Shown here: piece after piece, positions 28,665 to 37,659 of the stretch
Layout of the letters: every line of letters begins with the position of its first letter
Numbering within the stretch: the stretch's first letter is position 1
From: a virus
Lineage: Duplodnaviria > Caudoviricetes
Reading direction: 5' to 3' (one strand)
DNA length: 64,000 nucleotides
IMG/VR virus record: IMGVR_UViG_3300047557_002530
Position numbers and translations under genes: made by a program
Notes under the pieces: generated by a model
The model's input: the letters and a program-made list of their open reading frames with translations, nothing else
What the model was told of the DNA's origin: nothing
The model's database searches: none

Positions 28665-28861
28665 GAAAGGGCACAAGTTCTTTCAAATTGAGAATGCTAA
28701 ACAAACTTCGGAGGTAAAATCTCTAGAGTCTCCCAACCCATTTGGTGTGTTCCTGAGAACAGGAAGAATAAGGTTCGGTGTTTTCTCTTATTCACTGCCC
28801 TCTAATGCAGTGAAAATTGCGTCAAGTGTCTGGCGCTGGTGATGGACATTCATCACCTTTC
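28665..28861 (+). ncRNA. Highly structured ~200-nt ncRNA, candidate manA-type RNA motif
   Basis: Outer stem GAAAGG/CCTTTC; hairpins TTCCTG/CAGGAA, AATAAG/CTTATT, CACTGC/GCAGTG, GGTGATG/CATCACC; between tRNA-Asn and tRNA-Val; family call from size and context only. Confidence 0.55.
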
Positions 28862-28933
28862 GGGCGATTAACTCAGCGGTAGAGTGCCTCCTTTACACGG
28901 AGTAGGTCGGCGGTTCGAATCCGTCATCGCCCA
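28862..28933 (+). tRNA. trnV: tRNA-Val(UAC)
   Basis: Cloverleaf, loop TTTACAC. Confidence 0.93.
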
Positions 28934-28961
28934 CTTGATAAATAAAAGTAAAAAGAGTATA

Positions 28962-29396
28962 ATGGAAAAACTTTATAAACTATTGAGTGATGCTCAGTCA
29001 TCGCTTTTTGTTTTATTCCATAAAACTTGGGCATTTCATTGGAATGTCGTAGGTGAAGACTTTACTCAACTCCACCAACTCTTTGGTGGTCAGTATGAGA
29101 CTATGTTTGAAGAGATTGATCGTCTCTCAGAACATATGCGTTATCTGAATGTAAAACCTCTCAGTTCTCTCTCTAGAATGCTTGAGGTAACTCAGATTAA
29201 AGAAGCAGCAAGTTCAACTGGGGCAAAAGAAATGCTTCAAGAACTTCTTGATAATAACACCAAGTTTTGTGAGTTAATGGCAGAGATTTCAGAAGAATCT
29301 GAAAATCAAAAGTCATATGCTACGGCAAATTTAGTTCAAGATTTAATGGAATCTCATGGTAAATTTGTTTGGCAGTTAAGAGCACATTTACAATGA
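28962..29396 (+). CDS. dps: Dps / ferritin-like DNA-protection protein
   Basis: FHWNVVGEDFTQLHQLF...EEIDRLSEHMR; ATG at 28962. Confidence 0.9.
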   Translation: MEKLYKLLSDAQSSLFVLFHKTWAFHWNVVGEDFTQLHQLFGGQYETMFEEIDRLSEHMRYLNVKPLSSLSRMLEVTQIKEAASSTGAKEMLQELLDNNTKFCELMAEISEESENQKSYATANLVQDLMESHGKFVWQLRAHLQ

Positions 29397-29411
29397 ATAG
29401 GATGAAAAATA

Positions 29412-29663
29412 ATGATTTCAATAAGATGCAAAGATTGCAATAGAGAATTATCAGGTCATTTATCAAAAACAGTGACTTGTGGTTGCCCTAATATGGCAAC
29501 GATTCGTGGAGATAAGATTTCAGCACTTGACTTATCTCGTATTATTATGCTAAACTCTTTAAAAGAAAATTCAAAAACAAACGTTTTAACCTCCCAAGAT
29601 ATTGCTTGGCAGGAAGCACGTAGACAACGTAAAGTTCGTCGTTTGGATTTTGAGGTTCGCTGA
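29412..29663 (+). CDS. Small Cys-motif hypothetical protein
   Basis: CKDC...CGCPN. Confidence 0.65.
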   Translation: MISIRCKDCNRELSGHLSKTVTCGCPNMATIRGDKISALDLSRIIMLNSLKENSKTNVLTSQDIAWQEARRQRKVRRLDFEVR

Positions 29664-29673
29664 ACCTCCTATT

Positions 29674-29759
29674 GGAAGCGTGGCCGAGTGGTTTATGGCA
29701 GTTGTCTTGAAAACAACCAACGTTAATAGCGTTCGTGGGTTCAAATCCTACCGCTTCCG
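29674..29759 (+). tRNA. trnS: tRNA-Ser(UGA)
   Basis: Loop CTTGAAA, long variable arm. Confidence 0.92.
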
Positions 29760-29872
29760 TTAAGTTAAGTTACAAATTTAACAATTTCTTCAACAGTGTT
29801 AAGATATCAACACAAAAAGTTGACTGCGAAATACCTGTGATTAGTATATAGTAGTATCACGGGGACGAACCG

Positions 29873-30022
29873 ATGGATCAACACACCTACGATAATTGGG
29901 TGAAGATCAAAGCAACTTTTGAATCTTCTGGGAACACAGATAATATGTTCTACAAAAGAGCAGTTGAAATCGTAAAAACCCGAAGAGACCCTCTTGCAAA
30001 ATTTCTTGGCGATGAAAAATGA
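29873..30022 (+). CDS. Small hypothetical protein
   Basis: MDQHTYDNWVKIKATFESSGNTDNMFYKRA; overlaps the next start. Confidence 0.55.
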   Translation: MDQHTYDNWVKIKATFESSGNTDNMFYKRAVEIVKTRRDPLAKFLGDEK

Positions 30023-30222
30023 TGCACGAACAAGAAGAATTTATCACACGTTCTGAAGTTCAGGAGATGATTGATGCTGCTATCAGAAGACACAACCGTA
30101 ATGCTTCTATCATTAGTATGTGCGTCGGTTGGGTGGTTCTTGCTTTATTTGCTGAGGGACTTTTAAGATTGGTTGGAGTTATTCCACCTTTACTTCCATT
30201 TCTTAAAATTACTTTAAACTAA
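30019..30222 (+). CDS. Small membrane protein
   Basis: EVQEMIDAAIRRHNRN followed by a hydrophobic helix. Confidence 0.65.
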   Translation: MMHEQEEFITRSEVQEMIDAAIRRHNRNASIISMCVGWVVLALFAEGLLRLVGVIPPLLPFLKITLN

Positions 30223-30330
30223 TGGTAACAATCACAGAAGAAGATTTGCATAAATTAAACCAAAGAGTTCTCCAGCAGAAAATGGATGAACTCTTTGAAG
30301 AACCATCTACTTACGAGGATGAAGAAGATG

Positions 30331-30426
30331 ATGATTAGAACAATAATATCAGCAGTTCTTCTTTTTTCCTCCATTGGTCTTTTTATACATTGGGGACTTA
30401 CACACGCATATCCAGAGGTTTTATGA
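30331..30426 (+). CDS. NdhQ-like single-helix protein (NDH-1 subunit candidate)
   Basis: MIRTIISAVLLFSSIGLFIHWGLTHAYPEVL resembles the cyanobacterial NdhQ core (ISAVL...IxWxLxxAY) as recalled; ATGA overlap with gnd. Confidence 0.5.
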   Translation: MIRTIISAVLLFSSIGLFIHWGLTHAYPEVL

Positions 30427-31457
30427 AGGTAGGATTAATTGGTCTTGGTAGAATGGGCGAAGGAATGTCTCGCCGTATGATGAAAGCAGGTATTGAAGTA
30501 TGGGGTTATCGAAGAAATTATGAAAAGGCACAGGAGGCATTTGAAAAGGGATTTGTTAATGGAATTACAACAGATATCGAAAACCTTGTTAAAGTAGTTA
30601 AACAAAATAATAAAGGTAGAACACAACCAGGCATCTTTCAAATGGTTGTTCCTGCCGAAACAGTAGAGGAAACAATCAATGAGTTACTACGATATTGTAG
30701 TGAAGGAGATATTATTATTGATCATGGCAATAGCAATTTTAAAGACAGTCGGAAAAGAGCAGAACGCTTGGCAAAATTTGGTATCCAATATATTGATTGT
30801 GGCACTAGCGGCGGTGTTTATGGTTTGGATCGTGGATACTGTCTTATGGTTGGTGGCGGAAATACTGCGGTCGCCACTTGTTCGCGCATTTTTGATGCCC
30901 TTGCCCCAGGAATCATCGCTGCCCCAAGGACTCAATTTGACTCGGATGTAACTTCTGCTGAGTTTGGATGGTTGCATTGTGGTGGTCCTGGTGCAGGGCA
31001 CTTTGTGAAGATGGTGCATAATGGTATTGAGTATGGAATAATGCAGGCATATGCAGAAGGATTCAATATCCTAAAGAACGCTAATAATGGAGCACAGTAT
31101 GTCAAAGAAGGTGATGCTGAGGTCGCTCCAATGGCAGATCCAGAATCCTATTGTTATGATATTGATGTTGCTGAGGTTGCTGAGTTATGGCGTCGTGGTA
31201 GCGTGGTTGGTAGTTGGTTACTCGATCTTACTGCTGATGTGCTACGCAGGGATGGTAGCCTTAAACAATTCTCTGGGGGAGTATCCGATAGCGGTGAGGG
31301 TCGTTGGACTGTTTCTGCCGCTGTGGACCTGGGGGTTCCCGCTCCTGTTATTACTACGGCACTATTTGAAAGATTTAACTCACGCAATCTCGGATCATTC
31401 GGAGCAAAAATCTTGAATGGTATGCGTTATATGTTTGGGGGACATCATGTTAGGTAA
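30423..31457 (+). CDS. gnd: 6-phosphogluconate dehydrogenase (decarboxylating, short form)
   Basis: GLIGLGRMG, DCGTSGG, GHFVKMVHNGIEY, VSDSGEGRW. Confidence 0.96.
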   Translation: MKVGLIGLGRMGEGMSRRMMKAGIEVWGYRRNYEKAQEAFEKGFVNGITTDIENLVKVVKQNNKGRTQPGIFQMVVPAETVEETINELLRYCSEGDIIIDHGNSNFKDSRKRAERLAKFGIQYIDCGTSGGVYGLDRGYCLMVGGGNTAVATCSRIFDALAPGIIAAPRTQFDSDVTSAEFGWLHCGGPGAGHFVKMVHNGIEYGIMQAYAEGFNILKNANNGAQYVKEGDAEVAPMADPESYCYDIDVAEVAELWRRGSVVGSWLLDLTADVLRRDGSLKQFSGGVSDSGEGRWTVSAAVDLGVPAPVITTALFERFNSRNLGSFGAKILNGMRYMFGGHHVR

Positions 31458-31566
31458 AGCACTTTTATTTGTTGCTATTCCTTTTGTACTGACTACACTG
31501 TATTTCGGAACACGAGGAGGGTACTATGATTCCGAAGACTATAAGGGAAATGGAACCGCACATTAA
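31447..31566 (+). CDS. ndhP: NDH-1L subunit NdhP
   Basis: MLGKALLFVAIPFVLTTLYFGTRGGYYDSEDYKGNGTAH: TM helix plus FGTRxGxYDxxxYxGNGxAH signature. Confidence 0.85.
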   Translation: MLGKALLFVAIPFVLTTLYFGTRGGYYDSEDYKGNGTAH

Positions 31567-31749
31567 GCAGAAATATTGGTTTGCAATGTCTGCTTTTTCA
31601 AGAATGTATGGAGTAAAGACTGCTGCTAATGATATACATATTAAACAGTTCTGTATTGAATGGTCGTATTGGGACATTCAATCCCCTTTACAGGGGCTTG
31701 ACGAAGTGGACCAATACATGTATTATGAATACAAGAACTGGAGAGGAAG

Positions 31750-31866
31750 ATGATTTTCCACTTAGTTGAAACACTAGCAGCAAGTCCTTTCTTTCTTTTT
31801 CTATGTGGATGTGGATTGACAATTGTACCATTTGCTGGTATTATGTTTATACACAGAAACAAATAA
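31750..31866 (+). CDS. Small membrane protein
   Basis: MIFHLVETLAASPFFLFLCGCGLTIVPFAGIMFIHRNK. Confidence 0.5.
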   Translation: MIFHLVETLAASPFFLFLCGCGLTIVPFAGIMFIHRNK

Positions 31867-31938
31867 CGGGGTGTAAGTCAGCGGTAGACGGCTTGCTTTG
31901 GGAGCAAGAAGACACTGGTTCGATCCCAGTCACCCCGA
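31867..31938 (+). tRNA. trnP: tRNA-Pro(UGG), second copy
   Basis: Cloverleaf, loop TTTGGGA. Confidence 0.9.
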
Positions 31939-31954
31939 TCATAAAACTCACTTT

Positions 31955-32185
31955 ATGAAAATGTATCCAGAACTTTCAGATCTCCAAAAATTTACAGTTC
32001 AAGAGTTTCAAGAAAATTTTGATAATCTAATACAAAGAGTAGAAAATGGTGAATCATTTATTATTACTGATGGGGAAAGAAACGCAGTGATAGTTCCATA
32101 CAACGAAACTATAAAGTTTGCAGTAGAATCTAATGTGGATGACGATGTGATACGAATACACACCGACCACGAAGAAGGTTCTTGA
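31955..32185 (+). CDS. Phd/YefM-like antitoxin-fold protein (orphan)
   Basis: FTVQEFQENFDNLIQRVENGESFIITDGERNAVIVP. Confidence 0.6.
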   Translation: MKMYPELSDLQKFTVQEFQENFDNLIQRVENGESFIITDGERNAVIVPYNETIKFAVESNVDDDVIRIHTDHEEGS

Positions 32186-32223
32186 CATAGAGTTCCAGGT
32201 CCTCTACAATAGATCTGGTTCAA

Positions 32224-32311
32224 GCGAGTGAGACTTGGTAGTCAGAGGAGTCTTATAAACTCTTTCCGCCAGATTAGCGGCTTTGAGGTGGTTCGAATCC
32301 ACCCACTCGTA
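32224..32311 (+). tRNA. Atypical tRNA with UAU anticodon and long variable arm
   Basis: Acceptor GCGAGTG/CACTCGT, loop CTTATAA, variable hairpin CCGC/GCGG, compact D-arm. Confidence 0.65.
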
Positions 32312-32315
32312 CCTT

Positions 32316-32388
32316 GCTCCTTTAGCAATCTGGTGAATGCAGCGAACTCATAATTCGCCTGAGGCGTGTTCGATCCACGCAAGGAGCA
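32316..32388 (+). tRNA. tRNA(CAU), Met or Ile2
   Basis: Cloverleaf, loop CTCATAA. Confidence 0.85.
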
Positions 32389-32441
32389 CTTGACAGAACC
32401 CCTGTCAAACCCTTATAATACTAAGGTCAACATTCAAAACA

Positions 32442-32657
32442 ATGACTCTCACAGCAAAATTCAAGAAAGACGTTCAAACCCTCCGTGGTGCAGCAAACGG
32501 TGATTTTTACCTTGATGTAAAGAATCCGAAACTTTATAAAAAGGTTCGTCGTTTTTATGAGAATGAAGGTGTAGTATTCTCTGGTGATCCTTTGGATGAT
32601 TATGAAATGCTTATGGAATATGTTCTTGCCGATCTTGAATCTGTTGAAGTTGCTTGA
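32442..32657 (+). CDS. Hypothetical protein
   Basis: TTGACA-N17-TATAAT promoter upstream; intact ORF. Confidence 0.7.
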   Translation: MTLTAKFKKDVQTLRGAANGDFYLDVKNPKLYKKVRRFYENEGVVFSGDPLDDYEMLMEYVLADLESVEVA

Positions 32658-32710
32658 TTAAATAGTCTCGGGATGACTATAAAAGCGTACTGGTCGGGAG
32701 CAAACCCCTT

Positions 32711-32944
32711 ATGTCTAGATCTGATCTACTTCGTTGGATTGGAAACATTCTCCTCATAATTGGTTATCAAACTATGCTATGGGGAGAATTTAAATATGGT
32801 TTAATGATAAAGGTTGTTGGGGGATTACTCACAGTACCCTTTGCAATTAAACTTAAACTTTGGGATGTATTATTTTTATGTGCCTTCTTTGGTATTACCG
32901 AGATATCAAAGTTAACCCAACTTTTCTTAGTTTCTCAAAACTAA
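32711..32944 (+). CDS. Small membrane protein
   Basis: Three hydrophobic stretches. Confidence 0.6.
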   Translation: MSRSDLLRWIGNILLIIGYQTMLWGEFKYGLMIKVVGGLLTVPFAIKLKLWDVLFLCAFFGITEISKLTQLFLVSQN

Positions 32945-32992
32945 GTGGTGGAGCCATTCATATAAATAATATTATGTAATAGTAAAATTTAT

Positions 32993-33541
32993 ATGAAGAC
33001 CTATTACACATATGCATACCTTCGTGAAAATGGAACACCATATTACATAGGAAAGGGAACTGGTCGTAGAGCATTTCATAAAAATCATAATGTTCCAAGA
33101 CCCACTAAAGATAAAATATTATTTTTGAAGAAAAACCTTTCTGAAGAGGATGCATTAAAACACGAAAAATATCTAATATCAATATTAGATAATCTTTTAA
33201 ACAGAAAAAGTGGTGGAAGTAAAGGAAGAACTCCATTAAGTGAAGAACATAAACTAAAAATTAGCAAAAAACTAAAAAAAGTTAGACCTTTACAAGTCAT
33301 TACTGAAGAACATAAAGATAATATCAAACACTCTGTAAAAAAGCATTGGGATTCTCTTTCTGAAGAAGAAAGAAATAAAAGAATTTCAAATTTTGTTAAA
33401 CCTTCAAAAAAAATTTTTATAGTTGATGGTAAAGAGTACATTGGTATTCAATCTATTATGGAACACTATAATATGACTAAAATGGAAGTTGCTAATAGAA
33501 TTTATAGTAAATCTAAAAAATGGTCTTCTTGGTGCCCGTAA
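32993..33541 (+). CDS. GIY-YIG-type homing endonuclease with NUMOD3-like repeats
   Basis: YTYAY...PYYIGKG; LSEEHKLKISK; TATAAATA at 32961. Confidence 0.82.
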   Translation: MKTYYTYAYLRENGTPYYIGKGTGRRAFHKNHNVPRPTKDKILFLKKNLSEEDALKHEKYLISILDNLLNRKSGGSKGRTPLSEEHKLKISKKLKKVRPLQVITEEHKDNIKHSVKKHWDSLSEEERNKRISNFVKPSKKIFIVDGKEYIGIQSIMEHYNMTKMEVANRIYSKSKKWSSWCP

Positions 33542-33562
33542 GATAAGGCACGTTAAATATTC

Positions 33563-33635
33563 TTGCTGGTGCGGATGGGACTCTCTCCCGCCTGGTTTCT
33601 TGCCTCCAGTCAAAGGGCAAGTGGCGAGCCTGAGT
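33563..33635 (+). ncRNA. wcaG RNA motif
   Basis: TGGTGCGGATGGG...CCCGCCTGGTTTC...CCAGT...AGTGGCGAGCCTG directly upstream of a WcaG-type epimerase. Confidence 0.7.
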
Positions 33636-33640
33636 TACGT

Positions 33641-33668
33641 AGGTGGGTTGCATAAACCCACCTTTTTT
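33641..33668 (+). terminator. Intrinsic terminator
   Basis: GGTGGGTT/AACCCACC plus T run. Confidence 0.75.
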
Positions 33669-33702
33669 TGTATAATATATACTAAGAGAAATTTATCAAT
33701 CT

Positions 33703-34770
33703 ATGAGTGATTATAAAAAAACAGCACTTGTTCTTGGTGCTGGTGGCTTTATTGGAAGTCATATGGTAAAACGACTACGTGCTGAAGGTTATTGGGTACG
33801 TGGTGTCGATCTTAAACTTCCAGAGTATTCTGAGAGTGAAGCACACGAATTTGTTATTGGAGATCTTAGAGATCTTAATTTTGTAGAGAGAACTCTCCAA
33901 TACAAAGGACCTTATCGCAATTTTTATAACTTTGTTCCTAGTAGGTACATTGAAACCTTTGATGAGATTTATCAGTTTGCTGCTGATATGGGTGGTGCGG
34001 GATTCGTTTTCACTGGCGAGAACGATGCAGATATTATGCATAACTCCGCAACCATCAATCTCAATGTCCTTGAGGCACAACGCCAACTAAATGATTTTAA
34101 AGGCGTAAATAAAACCAAGATCTTCTATTCTGGGTCTGCGTGCATGTATCCAGAACACAATCAGTTAGATCCTGACAATCCAGATTGTCGTGAAGAATCA
34201 GCATATCCTGCCAACCCAGACTCTGAGTATGGTTGGGAAAAACTTTTCTCTGAGCGACTATTTTTCGCTTATCATCGTAACTATGGGATCCCTGTTCGGG
34301 TTGCTAGGTATCATAATATCTTTGGACCTGAAGGAACCTGGGAAGGTGGAAGAGAAAAAGCACCTGCAGCGATCTGTCGTAAAGTCGCATATCTTCCAGA
34401 GAAAGGTGGAACCATTGATGTGTGGGGAGATGGTTTACAGACTCGTTCCTTCTTGTATATTGATGAATGCATCGAAGCAACCCGCAGAATGATGGATAGT
34501 AATTTTATTGGACCCGTTAACATTGGTTCTGAAGAAATGGTTACTATCAATCAACTCGTAGACACTGCTGCTAAAGTTGCTAGTAAGGTTGTAGAGAAGA
34601 ATCATATTGATGGACCTCTTGGAGTTCGTGGACGTAACTCAAATAATGATCTCATTCGCGAAAAACTTGGGTGGGACTATTCACAAAGTCTTGAAGAAGG
34701 TATTCGTAAGACTTATAATTGGATTAAAAAACAGATTGATAAAAAAACAGTAGCACATCACCCTGTATAG
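33703..34770 (+). CDS. NAD-dependent epimerase (GDP-mannose 3,5-epimerase-like)
   Basis: GAGGFIG, FAADMGGAGF, YGWEK, ARYHNIFGP, GREKAPAA. Confidence 0.9.
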   Translation: MSDYKKTALVLGAGGFIGSHMVKRLRAEGYWVRGVDLKLPEYSESEAHEFVIGDLRDLNFVERTLQYKGPYRNFYNFVPSRYIETFDEIYQFAADMGGAGFVFTGENDADIMHNSATINLNVLEAQRQLNDFKGVNKTKIFYSGSACMYPEHNQLDPDNPDCREESAYPANPDSEYGWEKLFSERLFFAYHRNYGIPVRVARYHNIFGPEGTWEGGREKAPAAICRKVAYLPEKGGTIDVWGDGLQTRSFLYIDECIEATRRMMDSNFIGPVNIGSEEMVTINQLVDTAAKVASKVVEKNHIDGPLGVRGRNSNNDLIREKLGWDYSQSLEEGIRKTYNWIKKQIDKKTVAHHPV

Positions 34771-34773
34771 AAA

Positions 34774-35433
34774 ATGGCAAAATTACAAAACGCAATTCAT
34801 CTTCGTCCAACATTCGAAGATTTTAATATTCAGCATTATATTGAAACTGGAACTGGTGGAATCCTAGATTCATATGGTCAGAATTCATTACTGCAAGTAT
34901 CCCAACTTCAAAAATCTGACCTGAAAATGCATTCTATTGAAATTCTTGATAGAATTTATAATGAAGCAGTGGATTATTTTAAAGATAATTCTAATGTTTG
35001 TATGCATCTTGGAAATAGTCACGATGAACTGCCAAAAGTTCTTGATGAATTGGATGAAAATCCCGCATTGTTTTTTCTAGATGCACATTTTCCCGATTCA
35101 TATCGCGACGAGCATAATCGTGAAGTAATTCGTGATGACCCAGATTATATTAAAATTCCTCTTGAAGGAGAACTACGTATTCTTTGTCAGAAGCGTGATG
35201 TGAGTAAGGATATTATTGTCATTGATGATATTCGTATTTACAAAGAAGGTCCATATGAGAATGGAAACTTTGAAAACAAAGCACTGCACGGAGGGGAGAG
35301 TCTCGATTTTGTTTATGAACTTCTAGATGAAACTCATATTGTTGTAGAGTCTTATCTTCAGGAAGGATATTTGATTTGCTTCCCTGTCAATACAGATGAG
35401 CAATCTCTTCGCAAATATGTTGTTGGTGCCTGA
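34774..35433 (+). CDS. Putative SAM-dependent methyltransferase
   Basis: YIETGT, HSIE, GNSHD, FLDAH, VIDDIR. Confidence 0.55.
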   Translation: MAKLQNAIHLRPTFEDFNIQHYIETGTGGILDSYGQNSLLQVSQLQKSDLKMHSIEILDRIYNEAVDYFKDNSNVCMHLGNSHDELPKVLDELDENPALFFLDAHFPDSYRDEHNREVIRDDPDYIKIPLEGELRILCQKRDVSKDIIVIDDIRIYKEGPYENGNFENKALHGGESLDFVYELLDETHIVVESYLQEGYLICFPVNTDEQSLRKYVVGA

Positions 35434-36293
35434 TGAAACTTTACAACTGTAAATATGTTGTAGCAAAAGGAACAACCGGTAGATATGCCGGTTGTGATTT
35501 ACTTGCTCATCCAGAGATTAATGAATTGTATTGTCTCTGGAATTGTGGTTTTTATTCAAATGAATTTCAAGTTTTTAATTCTCTTCTTGTCCTTTTGAAA
35601 CATGGAATTATTCCAGAAAGAATAGATTATTCCTTGGGATATCGTCATTTTAAGAAAGATCCAAATCAAGACATTTACTCTGATTTTCATAAAATTGATG
35701 ATAAAATAGATCTAGATTTATTTGTCGATATTCCCCTTCCTGATTCCAATAAATGTCAATTTGATCTTTATCGTTTTGATGTTTATAATAAAATTAAAGA
35801 TAGATTTTTTGGACCAAGTGATCTTATTTTAGAGAGAAAAAATATCTTGATTGATAAGTATAAATTTGATCCACAGAAAACTATTTCAGTTTTATACAGA
35901 GGAACTGATAAATCTACTGAGTTACAATTAGGATCTCCAACAGAATATTTGAAAGTTGTAAAGAATATTTTAAAAGACAACCCAAATTTTAAAGTTCTTT
36001 TGCAAACAGATCAGACTCAAGTTATTCAATATTTTTATGATCAACTTGGTGATATACTAATTACCTTTGAAGAAACTCCATCAACAGCATCAAATAAAGT
36101 TATTTGGAGTTTGATGGAACAGTCAGGCAAAGATTCTATTGATTGGTCTCAGTGGTTTGATGCAGCATTAAGATGTGTATCTGAATGTAAATATCTTGTA
36201 AACCATACAGGTAATGTCGCATTTTTTGCTAATTTATATCGAGGAAATGTAGATAAAGTCTATCAATTTAATGAAAATGGAGTTCTAATATGA
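35433..36293 (+). CDS. Putative fucosyltransferase (NodZ/O-FucT-like)
   Basis: VLYRGTDK and LLQTDQ motifs. Confidence 0.6.
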   Translation: MKLYNCKYVVAKGTTGRYAGCDLLAHPEINELYCLWNCGFYSNEFQVFNSLLVLLKHGIIPERIDYSLGYRHFKKDPNQDIYSDFHKIDDKIDLDLFVDIPLPDSNKCQFDLYRFDVYNKIKDRFFGPSDLILERKNILIDKYKFDPQKTISVLYRGTDKSTELQLGSPTEYLKVVKNILKDNPNFKVLLQTDQTQVIQYFYDQLGDILITFEETPSTASNKVIWSLMEQSGKDSIDWSQWFDAALRCVSECKYLVNHTGNVAFFANLYRGNVDKVYQFNENGVLI

Positions 36294-36868
36294 TTAGTAT
36301 AAAAGGTGAATTGAAAAAAATCTTGTCTCTTGAAACTATATCTTGGGACAATACATACTTTAAAAACGTCACTTCTCATGTTCAAAATGAAGGACTCTGG
36401 TTGGAGTTTGGAGTTTGTTCTGGAAGAACCATTAATTTAATATCAGAGTGTACTAATAATACGGTATATGGATTTGATAGTTTTTATGGTCTTCCAGAAG
36501 ATTGGGGGAATCACCAAGAAAAAGGAACTTATTCTAGAGAAGGAAATTTGCCTAGCGTGAATCATAATGTTGAGTTAGTTGTTGGGTTGTTTGAAGATAC
36601 TTTGGATTCTTTCTTGGAAGAGCACAAAGGTCCAATTGCATATCTTCATTTGGATGCCGATTTATATTCTTCAACAAAATTTGTTTTGGATAAACTTTAT
36701 GATAGAATAGTTGAAGGAACAGTCATATCTTTTGACGAAATCTATAACTATCCGGAGTATATGGATCACGAAATCAAAGCCTGGGTAGAATTTTGCAATG
36801 AACACAAAATTTCTTCAAAATGGATTTTGAAAACTCCTCATGAACAAGCAACTTGCATAGTAAAATGA
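36290..36868 (+). CDS. TylF/MycF-like O-methyltransferase
   Basis: LEFGV, GFDSFYGLPEDW, GLFEDTL, HLDADLYSS, FDE. Confidence 0.8.
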   Translation: MISIKGELKKILSLETISWDNTYFKNVTSHVQNEGLWLEFGVCSGRTINLISECTNNTVYGFDSFYGLPEDWGNHQEKGTYSREGNLPSVNHNVELVVGLFEDTLDSFLEEHKGPIAYLHLDADLYSSTKFVLDKLYDRIVEGTVISFDEIYNYPEYMDHEIKAWVEFCNEHKISSKWILKTPHEQATCIVK

Positions 36869-37659
36869 ATAAAATACCTGACCTAGTTTTTCATCACCAT
36901 ACTTCATTGGGTGATAATTTTATTTGCAATGGAATCGTACATACTTATGCTAAACAGTTATGTGAAAGACTTCACATTCCATGCCATCGTAGATACTATG
37001 AAACTGTAAATTGCTTGTATCAAGATTTTCAAAATATTATTGTTCATCCGTTTAATGATGATTGGGCAACTCTAGAGCAAGAAATGTTTCCTTGGGCACA
37101 AGAAAAAGGATGGCCAGTAACTAGAATTGGATTTGAAAAAGTTTATTATCGTCGTCTTCAGAGACTAAATTCTCCTCCAGAATTCTTTGCGGTTAACTTT
37201 GATAGGCAGTTTTATGAGCAAGCAGGAATACTGTTTAAAGAACGATATGATAAATTTACCTTGCCAAAGCAAATACCAGGAGTTGATGAAGTTTATAATA
37301 ACTTAGTTGGAGAAGAAAAAGAATATATTATAGTTCATAAGAACTCCAGCGCAGAAGGCGATTATCCAATTGACTTGTGGAATTGGAGAAGAAATCAAAT
37401 CGGATCTGTTCCTGATACAAAGATTGTTGAGATACAAATTGGGCAGACAACAAATATGTTGTCTTATATGAAACTTATTGAAAATGCAAAAGAGATTCAT
37501 TGTATTAATAGTAGTTTCTTTTGTTTAGTTGATAGTGTCGCTAAAAAAATTAAACCAAAACTTTTTTATCATGATATTCGCATGAACAATATAACTCAAA
37601 CAAATTGTGATGCTAATGGTAACCGTTGGACTGTTGTTGACTATCCATTCAAAAAATGA
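36865..37659 (+). CDS. Putative glycosyltransferase-associated protein
   Basis: HHTSLGDNFICNG...AKEIHCINSSF; within the sugar cluster. Confidence 0.5.
   Translation: MNKIPDLVFHHHTSLGDNFICNGIVHTYAKQLCERLHIPCHRRYYETVNCLYQDFQNIIVHPFNDDWATLEQEMFPWAQEKGWPVTRIGFEKVYYRRLQRLNSPPEFFAVNFDRQFYEQAGILFKERYDKFTLPKQIPGVDEVYNNLVGEEKEYIIVHKNSSAEGDYPIDLWNWRRNQIGSVPDTKIVEIQIGQTTNMLSYMKLIENAKEIHCINSSFFCLVDSVAKKIKPKLFYHDIRMNNITQTNCDANGNRWTVVDYPFKK

Noticed and set aside
32662-32710. ATAGTC/GACTAT hairpin as a named ncRNA
   Set aside because: One small hairpin; cannot assign a family or function from sequence alone
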